The notes: generated from the sequence alone by a model not told the origin. Counted from the stretch's first letter, positions 36,801 to 45,389 are shown. The stretch is DNA of 64,000 bases from Candidatus Adlerbacteria bacterium (GCA_029288895.1 JARIGK010000004.1:77621-141620), one strand, 5' to 3'. Made by a program: numbers and translations.

Positions 36801-37424
36801 ATGAAGTTTATACTCGGCGAAAAGCAGCATATGGTCACCATCTTTGATGAAGATGGTATTGCGCATGCAGCAACGATTGTTGTTGCAACCCCCGCAACGG
36901 TGACCCAGATCAAAACCACTGAAAAGGAAGGCTACAACGCTGTCCAAATCGGCCAGGGCGAGGCAAAAGAAAACCGCGTCAACAAGGCACAGGTTGGCCA
37001 CGCAAAGGGCAAAGCATTGAAGAATTTCCGCGAACTCCGCCAGCGCGATGGCAAACTCCCTGAAGGTGTCGAAGTTGGCGCATCGATCGATGTCTCTGCA
37101 TTTGCAGCAGGCGAGAAGGTACAAGTCTCGGCAATCTCAAAAGGTAAGGGCTTCCAAGGCGTAGTGAAGCGCCACGGCTTCCATGGCGGCCCACGCAGCC
37201 ACGGCCAGAAGCACAGCGAACGCGCACCGGGTTCTATCGGTGGCTCGGGTGGCCGCGCAGGCGGTCGCGTTGCAAAGGGTATGCGCATGGCAGGCCGCAT
37301 GGGCCAGGACCGCGTAACCGTCCGCAACTTGAAGGTCCTCCAGGTGCACCCAGAAACCCACGAAATTGTTATCGCAGGTGCTATCCCGGGCCGCCGCGGC
37401 ACGCTTGTTGAAATCCGTGGCTAA
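36801..37424 (+). CDS. rplC: 50S ribosomal protein L3
   Basis: 'GKGFQGVVKRHGF' and 'GGPRSHGQKHSERAPGSIG' uL3 signatures. Confidence 0.95.
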   Translation: MKFILGEKQHMVTIFDEDGIAHAATIVVATPATVTQIKTTEKEGYNAVQIGQGEAKENRVNKAQVGHAKGKALKNFRELRQRDGKLPEGVEVGASIDVSAFAAGEKVQVSAISKGKGFQGVVKRHGFHGGPRSHGQKHSERAPGSIGGSGGRAGGRVAKGMRMAGRMGQDRVTVRNLKVLQVHPETHEIVIAGAIPGRRGTLVEIRG

Positions 37425-37434
37425 CGAAATTTTT

Positions 37435-38100
37435 ATGGAAGCAACACTCTACAACATCAAAGGCGAAAAGAAGGGGACGGTGAATGTACCGGAAAGCATC
37501 TTCGGCGTGCCATTTAATGCAGACCTCCTCCACACTGTCGTTACCTCGATGCAGGCAAACGCACGCACCCCAGTCGCACACACTAAAGACCGCTCTGAAG
37601 TTCGCGGCGGCGGCAAGAAGCCATGGCAGCAGAAGGGCACTGGCCGCGCACGCCACGGCTCATCACGCTCACCAATTTGGCGCGGCGGCGGTATCACGCA
37701 CGGCCCTCGCAACGAACGCGACTACTCTGTCAAAATCAACCGCCAGCAGCGCCAGAAGGCACTCTTGGTTGCGCTTTCTCGCAAGTGGAAGGACGGCGAA
37801 GTTATCTTTGTCGACTCGCTTGAGATGGCAGCACCAAAGACCGCAGATGCAAAGAAAATGATCGATGCGCTCGGCAAGGCTGGCTTTAAGTTTAAGACCA
37901 ACAACTCGGCACTTATTGCGCTCCCTGCACGCCACACTGCAACCGTTAAAAGCTTTGCAAACATGGGCCACATTGCAGTCGAAGAGGTCCGCACCTTGAA
38001 CCCGGTCAACGTCCTCTCTTCGAAGTACCTCATCATCGCAAACCCGGAATCAGCATTTGAAACGCTCGGCAAAAAGCGCGTCGTGAAGGCAGAGAAATAA
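37435..38100 (+). CDS. rplD: 50S ribosomal protein L4
   Basis: 'KPWQQKGTGRARHGS...PIWRGGG' uL4 signature. Start at ATG 37435 just after the rplC stop. Confidence 0.93.
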   Translation: MEATLYNIKGEKKGTVNVPESIFGVPFNADLLHTVVTSMQANARTPVAHTKDRSEVRGGGKKPWQQKGTGRARHGSSRSPIWRGGGITHGPRNERDYSVKINRQQRQKALLVALSRKWKDGEVIFVDSLEMAAPKTADAKKMIDALGKAGFKFKTNNSALIALPARHTATVKSFANMGHIAVEEVRTLNPVNVLSSKYLIIANPESAFETLGKKRVVKAEK

Positions 38101-38105
38101 TCTAT

Positions 38106-38393
38106 ATGAAAAAGCACTCAGGTAACATAATTCTCTCGCCGCGCATTACTGAAAAGGGCGCATACATGTCGGAAAAGGGCGTCTACGTCTTTAACGTCAG
38201 CGTCAATGCCAACAAGCTCGAGATTGCAGAAGCAGTATCGGAGCTCTACAAGGTAACGCCACGCCAGGTCCGCGTTGTTGCTGTGCCGCGCAAGGTCGTC
38301 CAGACTCGCAACACCAACCGCAAGGGTATGACTGCAGGCGGCAAGAAGGCCTACGTCTACTTGAAAGAAGGCGATAAGATCGAGCTCGCATAA
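38106..38393 (+). CDS. rplW: 50S ribosomal protein L23
   Basis: 'ILSPRITEKGAYMSEKGVYVFNVSVNANKLEIAEAV' uL23. Confidence 0.92.
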   Translation: MKKHSGNIILSPRITEKGAYMSEKGVYVFNVSVNANKLEIAEAVSELYKVTPRQVRVVAVPRKVVQTRNTNRKGMTAGGKKAYVYLKEGDKIELA

Positions 38394-38403
38394 GTAAACG
38401 CAT

Positions 38404-39252
38404 ATGAAATCCTATAAGCCATACACAAAATCGCGCCGCCACATGACCGGCATCAACTTCCGCGAGAAGTTGTCGGGCCATGCGCCGCACAAGGCACTCG
38501 TCTCGGGTGGCAAGCGCTCTGTGGGCCGCAACAACGCAGGCCGCATTTCGGTGCGCCACAAGGGCGGTGGCCACAAGCGCCTCTTCCGCGACGTCGACTT
38601 TACCTACAAGAAGATGGTTCCGGCAGTTGTTGAAACTGTCGAGTACGATCCGAACCGCTCGGGCTTTATCGGCCTCGTGCTCTACAAGGACGGCGAGCGC
38701 CGCTACATCCTCCTCCCTCGCACGGCGAAGGTTGGCGACACTGTCATGACCGGCGAAAACGTCCCAGCAGTACCAGGCAACCGCATGCCTCTCAAGTCGA
38801 TGCCAATTGGCGCGTTTGTTTACAACGTCGAAATCAAGCCGGGCAACGGCGGCAAACTTGGCCGCTCGGCAGGTACCTACATCGAACTTATCGCGCGCGA
38901 CGCAGGCTATGCGGACTTGAAGATGCCGTCATCAGAAGTCCGCAAAGTTCTCGAAACCTGCTACGCAACCTTGGGCGAAGTCTCGAACGACGAACACCAC
39001 TTGGTGAAGATTGGTAAGGCCGGCCGCTCCCGCTGGAAGGGTATCCGCCCTACAGTCCGCGGTACCGCGATGAACCCAGTAGACCACCCGCACGGCGGCG
39101 GTGAAGGCCGCCAGGGCCGAGGTTTGCGCCGCGCAAAGTCTGCGTGGGGTAAACCAACAGGCAAGGGCCAGAAGACCCGCACGCCGAAGAAGTACTCAAA
39201 CTATCTCATAGTGTCTCGCCGCAAAGTCGGCAAGCGCTCACAGCAAGCCTAA
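38404..39252 (+). CDS. rplB: 50S ribosomal protein L2
   Basis: 'RPTVRGTAMNPVDHPHGGGEGR' uL2 signature. Confidence 0.96.
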   Translation: MKSYKPYTKSRRHMTGINFREKLSGHAPHKALVSGGKRSVGRNNAGRISVRHKGGGHKRLFRDVDFTYKKMVPAVVETVEYDPNRSGFIGLVLYKDGERRYILLPRTAKVGDTVMTGENVPAVPGNRMPLKSMPIGAFVYNVEIKPGNGGKLGRSAGTYIELIARDAGYADLKMPSSEVRKVLETCYATLGEVSNDEHHLVKIGKAGRSRWKGIRPTVRGTAMNPVDHPHGGGEGRQGRGLRRAKSAWGKPTGKGQKTRTPKKYSNYLIVSRRKVGKRSQQA

Positions 39253-39262
39253 TATCAAAAAG

Positions 39263-39298
39263 AAAAATCCCCGCCCTAAGGCGGGGATTGTCGTTGTT
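39263..39298. repeat. direct repeat copy L: aaaaATCCCCGCC-ctaa-GGCGGGGATTGTCGTT (terminator-like hairpin)
   Basis: 9-bp GC stem. Apart from the loop it is identical to the copy at 39716-39749. Immediately after the rplB stop. Confidence 0.7.
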
Positions 39299-39339
39299 GT
39301 GTCGCGTGGTAGTATCGATGCGGACAAGGAGGCTTACTA

Positions 39340-39684
39340 ATGCCAATTAAATTTCTGATTGTCGCAGGCGCTACACTGCTCTTGGGCAGCTGGATTTTCT
39401 CATCGTATCGGTGGCACAATCGTTATGATCAGCTTCGAAGTCTCATGAAGTTCAACATAGGCGACCGAGTCGTTAGGATGGGGCGCGTAGACATACACAG
39501 CCCCATCGATTACACGATGGACCCGTACCTTCCGACCCGTATGGGGCAGTGTATCGATATTGCTGTGCGAAGAGCCACTGGCACGGTAGAGAAATTCAAT
39601 ATCGTGCGCTGTTCTTCCTTGTGGGACGGCGGTCCCTTCCGGAACATGACTTCGGAGGACTATCATCGACGTGTTGTGTGCTAA
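39340..39684 (+). CDS. hypothetical membrane-anchored protein (114 aa) inserted between rplB and rpsS
   Basis: AAGGAGG 8 nt upstream of the ATG. N-terminal TM 'FLIVAGATLLLGSWIFSSY'. Putative promoter TTGTCG-N16-TAGTAT (39289-39316). Followed by an agccc/gggct hairpin + TTTTTCTTTTT (39685-39711). Confidence 0.5.
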   Translation: MPIKFLIVAGATLLLGSWIFSSYRWHNRYDQLRSLMKFNIGDRVVRMGRVDIHSPIDYTMDPYLPTRMGQCIDIAVRRATGTVEKFNIVRCSSLWDGGPFRNMTSEDYHRRVVC

Positions 39685-39715
39685 AGCCCGTAGAGGGCTT
39701 TTTCTTTTTCCAAAA

Positions 39716-39751
39716 ATAAATCCCCGCCGAAAGGCGGGGATTGTCGTTAGA
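39716..39751. repeat. direct repeat copy R: aaaATCCCCGCC-gaaa-GGCGGGGATTGTCGTT
   Basis: Second copy of the rplB-proximal hairpin element. On the minus strand it is followed by 'tttatttttgg', serving as the terminator of the minus-strand gene 39747..39953. Confidence 0.7.
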
Positions 39752-39953
39752 TGCCCAAGTAATGGTTTTCGCAAAAACCTTCGTTCTCGGGAAGCTGCTT
39801 TGCAGCAATTCCTTGAATGTAGGCTTGGACGACTTCCGGCGCTGGCATATCCATGCCCCTCATGCGTGGAAACACGAGGTCGACACCTGCGTCCAGGGCA
39901 TCGACGCGCTCTTTTGCAGTGGCTTTTGAAAGTTCGACTTCACGATCGCCCAT
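39747..39953 (-). CDS. hypothetical small protein (68 aa) encoded antisense within the r-protein cluster
   Basis: GAGGAGG 6 nt upstream of the ATG on the minus strand. Preceded by a 24-codon Lys-rich micro-ORF (MNSVERAVQNTKKLLKKAKKKKKL, 39961-40035) that has its own GGAGGG RBS. Minus-strand promoter-like TTGATG-N17-TATGGT near 40100. Confidence 0.45.
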   Translation of the reverse strand: MGDREVELSKATAKERVDALDAGVDLVFPRMRGMDMPAPEVVQAYIQGIAAKQLPENEGFCENHYLGI

Positions 39954-40089
39954 CAGTTCCTCCTCTAAAGCTTTTTCTTCTTCTTGGCCTTCTTGAGAAG
40001 CTTTTTCGTGTTTTGGACAGCCCGTTCAACACTGTTCATAACACCCTCCCTCTGGTAAAGCCAATGTCCGAGATAAGAATACACCATAT

Positions 40090-40118
40090 TTGACTATTCC
40101 TGGGGCATCAAGTAGTAT
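40090..40118 (+). promoter_or_regulatory. sigma70-type promoter TTGACT-N17-TAGTAT upstream of rpsS
   Basis: TTGACT 40090-95, TAGTAT 40113-18. ~100-nt leader with hairpins before ATG 40221. Confidence 0.6.
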
Positions 40119-40220
40119 CTGTGTACTTCCGTGCCGCAAGGTCTAGCCGCTCGCTGGCTACGACGGGCAGGGAATTTAATTTTGGCAAAGTCTGCGTTAG
40201 CAGACGTCAAATATACAAGA

Positions 40221-40571
40221 ATGGCACGATCGCTTAAAAAAGGCCCATACGTAGACGAAAAGCTTCTCAAGAAGATTGAGGGCAAGAAACCCCAGACAAC
40301 CGGGGTTATTAATACATGGGCACGCCGCAGCCAGATTGCCCCTGAAATGGTGGGCTTTAAGTTTGGCGTCCACAACGGCAAAACGCATATTGAAGTGTTG
40401 GTCAACGAAGACATGGTAGGCCACCGCTTGGGCGAATTCTCACCAACCAAGAAGTTCCTCCGCCACGGCGGTAAGATGCAGAAGGAAATGGAAGCAAAGG
40501 CTAAGGAGTCTGAAATTGCATCTGCACAGGCTGCAAAGGCTGCTGGCGACGCTAAGGATAAGAAGAAATAA
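40221..40571 (+). CDS. rpsS: 30S ribosomal protein S19 (with Lys/Ala-rich C-terminal extension)
   Basis: '[20 protein letters not shown]...[18 protein letters not shown]' uS19. The ORF-track start at 40131 is upstream of the true Met. Confidence 0.93.
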   Translation: MARSLKKGPYVDEKLLKKIEGKKPQTTGVINTWARRSQIAPEMVGFKFGVHNGKTHIEVLVNEDMVGHRLGEFSPTKKFLRHGGKMQKEMEAKAKESEIASAQAAKAAGDAKDKKK

Positions 40572-40577
40572 AATTAT

Positions 40578-40970
40578 ATGGCAGGCTCAACCGCACAACT
40601 GAAGAACTACCGCCAGTCGCCCCGCAAGGTGCGCTTGGTTGCAGACCTCGTCCGCGGTAAGCGCGCAGACCGCGCATTGGCCCAGCTTTCGATGTTGCCA
40701 AAACGCGCATCAGACCCAGTTGCGAAGTTGATCAAATCAGCTGTCGCAAACGCAGGTGCAGGCGCTGAAGGCCTCGTCGTTTCCAAGATCGAAGTCAACG
40801 GCGGTATTGTATTTAAACGCTTTATGCCCCGCGCACGCGGCCGCGCATCGGCTATCCGCAAAAAGACAAGCATCATCACTCTGACCCTCTCGGCTATTGA
40901 GCCAAAAGCTAAGGCACCGAAGAAGGCAGCAGCAAAAGCACCTAAGGCAGCAGAAGAAACCCAAAACTAA
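40578..40970 (+). CDS. rplV: 50S ribosomal protein L22
   Basis: 'YRQSPRKVRLVADLVRGKRADRALAQL' uL22. Confidence 0.93.
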   Translation: MAGSTAQLKNYRQSPRKVRLVADLVRGKRADRALAQLSMLPKRASDPVAKLIKSAVANAGAGAEGLVVSKIEVNGGIVFKRFMPRARGRASAIRKKTSIITLTLSAIEPKAKAPKKAAAKAPKAAEETQN

Positions 40971-40971
40971 T

Positions 40972-41640
40972 ATGTCGAAAGTAGTTAATCCATTTGCACA
41001 CCGTTTGGGCATCATCCATGACTGGCGTCATCGCTGGTTTGCGACGGGCCCGAAATTCCAAGAATATTTGAAGGCGGATATTTTGCTGCGCCAGTTCTTG
41101 CAGAAGGAGCTCCGCGGTATGTACGTTGGCGGTATTGAATTTGAACGCAACGACAAGACCCTCCGCATTAAGATCGCAACCTCACGCCCAGGCATCATCA
41201 TTGGCCGCTCGGGCGAAGGCTCTATCAAGCTCAAGAACAAGATTGTCGCCTTTTTGAACGACAAGAAGCTTACGGCGCCGGAAATCAAACTCGATATCGA
41301 AGAAGTTCGCTCGCCAGAATCAAACGCTGCCATCGTGGCCTACATGATCGCAGAAGGGTTGGAGAAGCGCCTCCCATTCCGTCGCGTCTTGAAGCAGACG
41401 GTTGAAAAGGTCATGGCTAACCGCGACGTAAAGGGTGTTCGTATCGCCTTGGGCGGCATGCTCGGCGGCGGTTCGATGTCCCGCACTGAAGAATTGAAGA
41501 AGGGCCGCGTTCCGTTGCAGACTTTCCGTTCGAACATCGACTACGCAAAGGAGCGCGCAAACTTGCCACTTGGCGTGATCGGCATCAAAGTCTGGATCTA
41601 CAAAGGCGAAGTCTTCGGAGACGAGAAGGGCGACAAATAA
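40972..41640 (+). CDS. rpsC: 30S ribosomal protein S3
   Basis: KH domain 'GIIHDWRHRWFA', 'IIGRSGEGS' and 'GGMLGGGSMSRTE' uS3. ATG 40972 directly follows the rplV stop. Confidence 0.94.
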   Translation: MSKVVNPFAHRLGIIHDWRHRWFATGPKFQEYLKADILLRQFLQKELRGMYVGGIEFERNDKTLRIKIATSRPGIIIGRSGEGSIKLKNKIVAFLNDKKLTAPEIKLDIEEVRSPESNAAIVAYMIAEGLEKRLPFRRVLKQTVEKVMANRDVKGVRIALGGMLGGGSMSRTEELKKGRVPLQTFRSNIDYAKERANLPLGVIGIKVWIYKGEVFGDEKGDK

Positions 41641-41646
41641 ACTACC

Positions 41647-42069
41647 ATGCTTTTCCCTAAGAAAGTAAAATTCCGCAAGTCACACACGATGCGCCGCAAC
41701 GTAAAGCGCGCAATGGTCGCGTCGCGTGGTGCAACGTTGGCATTCGGCTCACACGGCCTCAAGGCTGTGACCCATGCCCGCGTCCGCTCAAACCAGATCG
41801 AATCTGCTCGTAAGGTTATCGCCCGCTCGCTCGGCAAGACCGGCAAGAGCTGGATCCGCATCTTCCCTGACAAGCCATACACCAAGAAACCGCCGGAAGT
41901 GAAGCTCGGTAAGGGTAAGGGTGACTTGGAAGGTTACGAAGTCGAAGTCTGGCCAGGCCGCATCCTCTTTGAAGTAGACGGCGTCGACGCAAAGTTGGCA
42001 TCGACCGCGCTCATCAGCGCTTCGAAGAAGCTCCCGCTCAAAGCAAAGGTCGTGTCCCGCACCCACTAA
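41647..42069 (+). CDS. rplP: 50S ribosomal protein L16
   Basis: 'MLFPKKVKFRKSH' uL16 N-terminus. Confidence 0.95.
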   Translation: MLFPKKVKFRKSHTMRRNVKRAMVASRGATLAFGSHGLKAVTHARVRSNQIESARKVIARSLGKTGKSWIRIFPDKPYTKKPPEVKLGKGKGDLEGYEVEVWPGRILFEVDGVDAKLASTALISASKKLPLKAKVVSRTH

Positions 42070-42075
42070 ACGTAT

Positions 42076-42273
42076 ATGGCAAAGAAAGTATCACTCAAAA
42101 ACAATAGCGTTGAAGATTTGAACCGCCTCGTGGCAGAGAAGCGAGAAGAGCTCCGCTCCTTGCGCTTTTCGGTCGCAGGTAGTAAAAATCGAAATGTGAA
42201 GTTGGCTCGCAAGCTCCGCAAGGAGGTCGCACGCAGCCTGACTGAGCTTAATGCCCGCGCAAAGAATGCATAA
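42076..42273 (+). CDS. rpmC: 50S ribosomal protein L29
   Basis: 65 aa, helical. 'LVAEKREELRSLRFSVAGSKNRNVKLARKLRKEVARSL' uL29. Confidence 0.9.
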   Translation: MAKKVSLKNNSVEDLNRLVAEKREELRSLRFSVAGSKNRNVKLARKLRKEVARSLTELNARAKNA

Positions 42274-42274
42274 T

Positions 42275-42520
42275 ATGGAAACCAAAACCGTACATAAGAA
42301 AACTCTCCGCGGCGTCGTCGTCTCGGACAAAATGCAGGACACTGCAGTGGTTTCCGTGCAGCGCTACGTAAAGCACCCGAAGTACAAGAAGTACATCAAG
42401 TTGAACAAGAAGTACCACGTCCACAACCCTGGCAATAAGGCAAAGATGGGGGAGAAGGTTACTATCCGTTCGACCCGTCCTCTTTCCAAGACCAAATCGT
42501 TCGAGATCGTTTCCGAATAA
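42275..42520 (+). CDS. rpsQ: 30S ribosomal protein S17
   Basis: 'KKTLRGVVVSDKMQDTAVVSVQRYVKHPKYKKYIK' uS17. ATG 42275 follows the rpmC stop. Confidence 0.93.
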   Translation: METKTVHKKTLRGVVVSDKMQDTAVVSVQRYVKHPKYKKYIKLNKKYHVHNPGNKAKMGEKVTIRSTRPLSKTKSFEIVSE

Positions 42521-42526
42521 ACTTAT

Positions 42527-42907
42527 ATGATCCAAGACCGCTCACTCGTTGTTGTTGCAGATAATTCCGGCGCCAAGATTGGCCGCATTTTCAAGATTCC
42601 TGGCTCGTCCAAGAAGCGCTATGCGGAAATCGGCGAAATCGTCGTGCTCTCGGTACAGACCGCAGAGCCTCGCAAGGCTGTAAAGAAAAAGGATGTCTTG
42701 AAGGCTGTTGTCGTACGCCAGAAGAAGCCATTCCGCCGCAAAGACGGTAGCTACATCCGCTTCGATGAAAATGCAGTCGTCATCATCGAAGGTACTGGCA
42801 AGAGCCCGCAGGAGCCAAAGGCAGGCCGCATCTTCGGCCCTATCCCTCGCGAATTGCAGGAGCTTGGCTACCAGACCATTATTTCTCGCGCACCTGAAGT
42901 CGTGTAA
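42527..42907 (+). CDS. rplN: 50S ribosomal protein L14
   Basis: 'MIQDRSLVVVADNSGAK' uL14 N-terminus. Confidence 0.95.
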   Translation: MIQDRSLVVVADNSGAKIGRIFKIPGSSKKRYAEIGEIVVLSVQTAEPRKAVKKKDVLKAVVVRQKKPFRRKDGSYIRFDENAVVIIEGTGKSPQEPKAGRIFGPIPRELQELGYQTIISRAPEVV

Positions 42908-42920
42908 TTTTTGAATTTTT

Positions 42921-43148
42921 ATGAACACACTTCACATCAAAAAGGGAGATACGGTTGTTGTATTGTCGGGTAACGACCGCGGTAAGTCGGGCAAAGTCAC
43001 TGCCGTCTTCCCAAAGACCAACAAAGTCGTCGTCGAAGGCATCGGTATGCACAAAAAGCACCAGAAGCCTCGCCGCGAAGGCCAGAGCGGCCAGATTGTC
43101 GACAAACAGCATGCGATCCACGCAAGCAATGTAGCGAAGAAGAAGTAA
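42921..43148 (+). CDS. rplX: 50S ribosomal protein L24
   Basis: KOW motif 'IKKGDTVVVLSGNDRGKSGKV'. Confidence 0.93.
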   Translation: MNTLHIKKGDTVVVLSGNDRGKSGKVTAVFPKTNKVVVEGIGMHKKHQKPRREGQSGQIVDKQHAIHASNVAKKK

Positions 43149-43157
43149 ACCACCACC

Positions 43158-43694
43158 ATGCCTAAACTCGTTAAAGAACAGCAGAAGAGTGCGTACGCAG
43201 ACCTCAAAGGTAATTTTGGGTGGACTGGCGTCATGCAAACCCCGAAGGTGGAGAAGGTTGTTATCTCTGTCGGTACTGGCTCGACCAAAGACAAGAACAA
43301 GATCAAGTTGATCGAAGGCCGTTTGGCTACCATCACTGGCCAGAAGCCGGCATACCGCATCACCAAGAAGGCAATTGCGACCTACAAGACTCGCGTTGGC
43401 GACAAAGTTGGCTATCAGGTTACGCTTCGCGGCAAGCGCGCAGAAGACTTCTTGAACCGCCTCCTCCACGTTGCGCTTCCTCGTACGAAAGACTTTAAGG
43501 GCATCCCAGGCAATTCTATCGATGACATGGGCAACTACACGCTCGGTATCAAAGAACACACCGTCTTCCCAGAAACAGCAGACGAAGAATTGAAGGACGT
43601 CTTCGGTATGGCAATCACTGTCGTCACTACTGCAAAGACTAAAGACGAAGCAAAAGCCTACCTCACACACTTGGGCTTCCCATTCAAAAAGTAA
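43158..43694 (+). CDS. rplE: 50S ribosomal protein L5
   Basis: 'LKEQQKSAYADLKGNFGWTGVMQTPKVEKVVISVGTG' uL5. Confidence 0.95.
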   Translation: MPKLVKEQQKSAYADLKGNFGWTGVMQTPKVEKVVISVGTGSTKDKNKIKLIEGRLATITGQKPAYRITKKAIATYKTRVGDKVGYQVTLRGKRAEDFLNRLLHVALPRTKDFKGIPGNSIDDMGNYTLGIKEHTVFPETADEELKDVFGMAITVVTTAKTKDEAKAYLTHLGFPFKK

Positions 43695-43710
43695 TTTTCT
43701 TACTCCTCGA

Positions 43711-43746
43711 AAAAGCGACCTCCTCACCGAGGTCGCTTTTTCTTTT
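43711..43746. terminator. cassette hairpin 1: aaaaaGCGACCTC-ctcacc-GAGGTCGC + TTTTTCTTTTG
   Basis: 8-bp stem and T-run immediately after the rplE stop. First of six hairpin+TTTTTCTTTT elements. Confidence 0.7.
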
Positions 43747-43788
43747 GGGATTGTGTATGGTTTTGAAAGTTTTACGAGAGGTGTTTAT

Positions 43789-44025
43789 ATGCCTGATGGT
43801 TCGTTGCCAGAAGTACCACCGCCTGGGAAAAAGAGATACAGGATGGTGTGTCGGGACCGTGGGGTCAATCCTTTCAAGAGTCGATCCTTTGAAATGGACA
43901 GACCCCTACAGAGACACACCAAGACTGTCGATGTGGATGAACATATCCCATTTGAGCAGGTCGAGAAGTGGGCTCGCGAAGAACAAGGGCCCTACGAGTT
44001 TCTCAAGCTTGAAGTGGTGAGTTGA
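43789..44025 (+). CDS. hypothetical protein (78 aa), cassette 1 of rplE/rpsN insertion
   Basis: GAGAGG 8 nt upstream of ATG 43789. Basic N-terminus with an acidic C-terminus. Confidence 0.45.
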   Translation: MPDGSLPEVPPPGKKRYRMVCRDRGVNPFKSRSFEMDRPLQRHTKTVDVDEHIPFEQVEKWAREEQGPYEFLKLEVVS

Positions 44026-44034
44026 ATATTGCAA

Positions 44035-44064
44035 GGCGATCCATTCGGGTCGCTTTTTCTTTTG
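44035..44064. terminator. cassette hairpin 2: GCGATCC-attc-GGGTCGC + TTTTTCTTTTG
   Basis: Same architecture as hairpin 1, with a G-U pair in the stem. Confidence 0.65.
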
Positions 44065-44137
44065 GGGTAGGGTAAGGTGGCGGCAGGCAGCGTATCGCCT
44101 GTGTTCCTTTCAACCATCAACTAAAGGGATATCTGTC

Positions 44138-44677
44138 ATGACTGCCAATACGGCACGAAACGACGGTAATAAAAAGAAGTCTAAACAAAGGCTCTCGGCT
44201 GAACAGACTGGCGTCCTCCAACAGAGGCTCCAGGATGTTATCCGCCGCGTCGAGGAGGGGAAACTTTCTTTTGACGTTGTGGCGCAATCGCTTCAGCGTA
44301 TCTCGGAAGAGACATTCATCTCTCACTACAAAGACAAAAAGCCGAAGGAGACGTGGGAGATTTTCACACGTCCGCCTCTGGCCGAGCGGAGAAAGTCGTT
44401 GTCGCCTTATGGCATGACGCTTCCGCACAAGGTCAAACGTCTTGAGTTTCCGGAACGGAATCCCGAGCGGATAATGATGGAGCTTTGGGAAAAGGAGAAT
44501 ATCCCGAAACCTCAAATAAATCACGGTCGTGTACCGGTCAACGCCATCCTTAACGCCGTTGAACTGCTGCCCCAGGATGTGCAGATTGTGGCCGCGACCG
44601 TCCAATGGTTTGGGACAAATATTGGTATGTCCTACCTTGGCGAATTTTCCCGAGCGGCAGAATTGCGGGGTTTCTAA
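44138..44677 (+). CDS. hypothetical protein (179 aa), cassette 2
   Basis: AAGGGA upstream. Basic N-terminus (KKKSKQR). No recognisable domain. Confidence 0.45.
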   Translation: MTANTARNDGNKKKSKQRLSAEQTGVLQQRLQDVIRRVEEGKLSFDVVAQSLQRISEETFISHYKDKKPKETWEIFTRPPLAERRKSLSPYGMTLPHKVKRLEFPERNPERIMMELWEKENIPKPQINHGRVPVNAILNAVELLPQDVQIVAATVQWFGTNIGMSYLGEFSRAAELRGF

Positions 44678-44689
44678 AACAATGTACAT

Positions 44690-44721
44690 TGGCGACCCAT
44701 TCGGGTCGCTTTTTCTTTTGA
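44690..44721. terminator. cassette hairpin 3: GCGACCC-attc-GGGTCGC + TTTTTCTTTTG (preceded by 12-bp palindrome caatgtacattg)
   Basis: Near-identical to hairpin 2. The palindrome lies at 44681-44692. Confidence 0.7.
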
Positions 44722-44779
44722 TGACAAGGATGGTTAGATGGTTTATGCTCGTGCCAGGCACATTTTGGAGGAATAGAAC

Positions 44780-45295
44780 ATGCCGGAGAAGAGAATTCTG
44801 CAGTTGGTCGGCTCATGCGGCGAATGCCCGCGCTATCAGTATTACAGTGGCGGAACGAGTAAGTGCATCGAAGTCGACCAGATTGTTCGCGACAAGCATG
44901 TCGTTGCGCCGTTCTGCCCGCTGGCGCCGTATCCTGCGGACATTATTGCCGATCAGGCCGAGACAATTCGGGTCATGCGGGAAGGGAACGATACGCTGTT
45001 CGTCTTCCTTCTTCTGGAGCGCATTGGCAAAAAGCTTAATGCAATCCGCAAGGATGGGACTATGGTGCTCGAAATTCCGCTGAAGGAAGAAGGCAAAACT
45101 GTTTGCCTCGATCTCCACTATGTGGACGAGGAAAGGAGTCGGCTATTTCCTCGCCCAGAAATTCGCTTCAAGTATCAGGACTCGTGGTACATCCTGGACA
45201 TCGAGGCGAAGCCGCCGATTCTCAAAAAGGTGGTTAGACATCCGGGCGGCAGCGAAGCTGGAGAATTGTACGAGTCTGTCCCGCTGGCAGTCTGA
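44780..45295 (+). CDS. hypothetical protein (171 aa) with N-terminal Cys cluster, cassette 3
   Basis: GGAGGA 7 nt upstream. 'CGECPRY...C...C' is a possible Zn-binding N-terminus. Confidence 0.45.
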   Translation: MPEKRILQLVGSCGECPRYQYYSGGTSKCIEVDQIVRDKHVVAPFCPLAPYPADIIADQAETIRVMREGNDTLFVFLLLERIGKKLNAIRKDGTMVLEIPLKEEGKTVCLDLHYVDEERSRLFPRPEIRFKYQDSWYILDIEAKPPILKKVVRHPGGSEAGELYESVPLAV

Positions 45296-45300
45296 CAAAC

Positions 45301-45333
45301 AAGCGACCTTTGAGAGGGTCGCTTTTTCTTTTG
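45301..45333. terminator. cassette hairpin 4: GCGACC-tttgaga-GGGTCGC + TTTTTCTTTTG, fused to promoter TTGACA-N16-TAGTAT (45331-45358)
   Basis: The T-run of the terminator runs directly into a consensus -35 TTGACA. TAGTAT at 45353-58. Confidence 0.7.
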
Positions 45334-45389
45334 ACAAAACGTGCACTGCAAGTAGTATGTGCAGCGGATTCACAAAACAGGAGAAGCTC

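Noticed and set aside
36323-36919. 198-aa minus ORF and 135-aa + ORF inside the rpsJ-rplC gap
   Set aside because: Both are Pro/Gly/Cys/Trp-biased with no RBS, and the minus ORF overlaps the start of rplC. I treat the region as non-coding structured RNA instead.
42879-43727. 282-aa minus ORF antisense to rplN-rplX-rplE
   Set aside because: Runs antisense across three ribosomal protein genes, which is not plausible.
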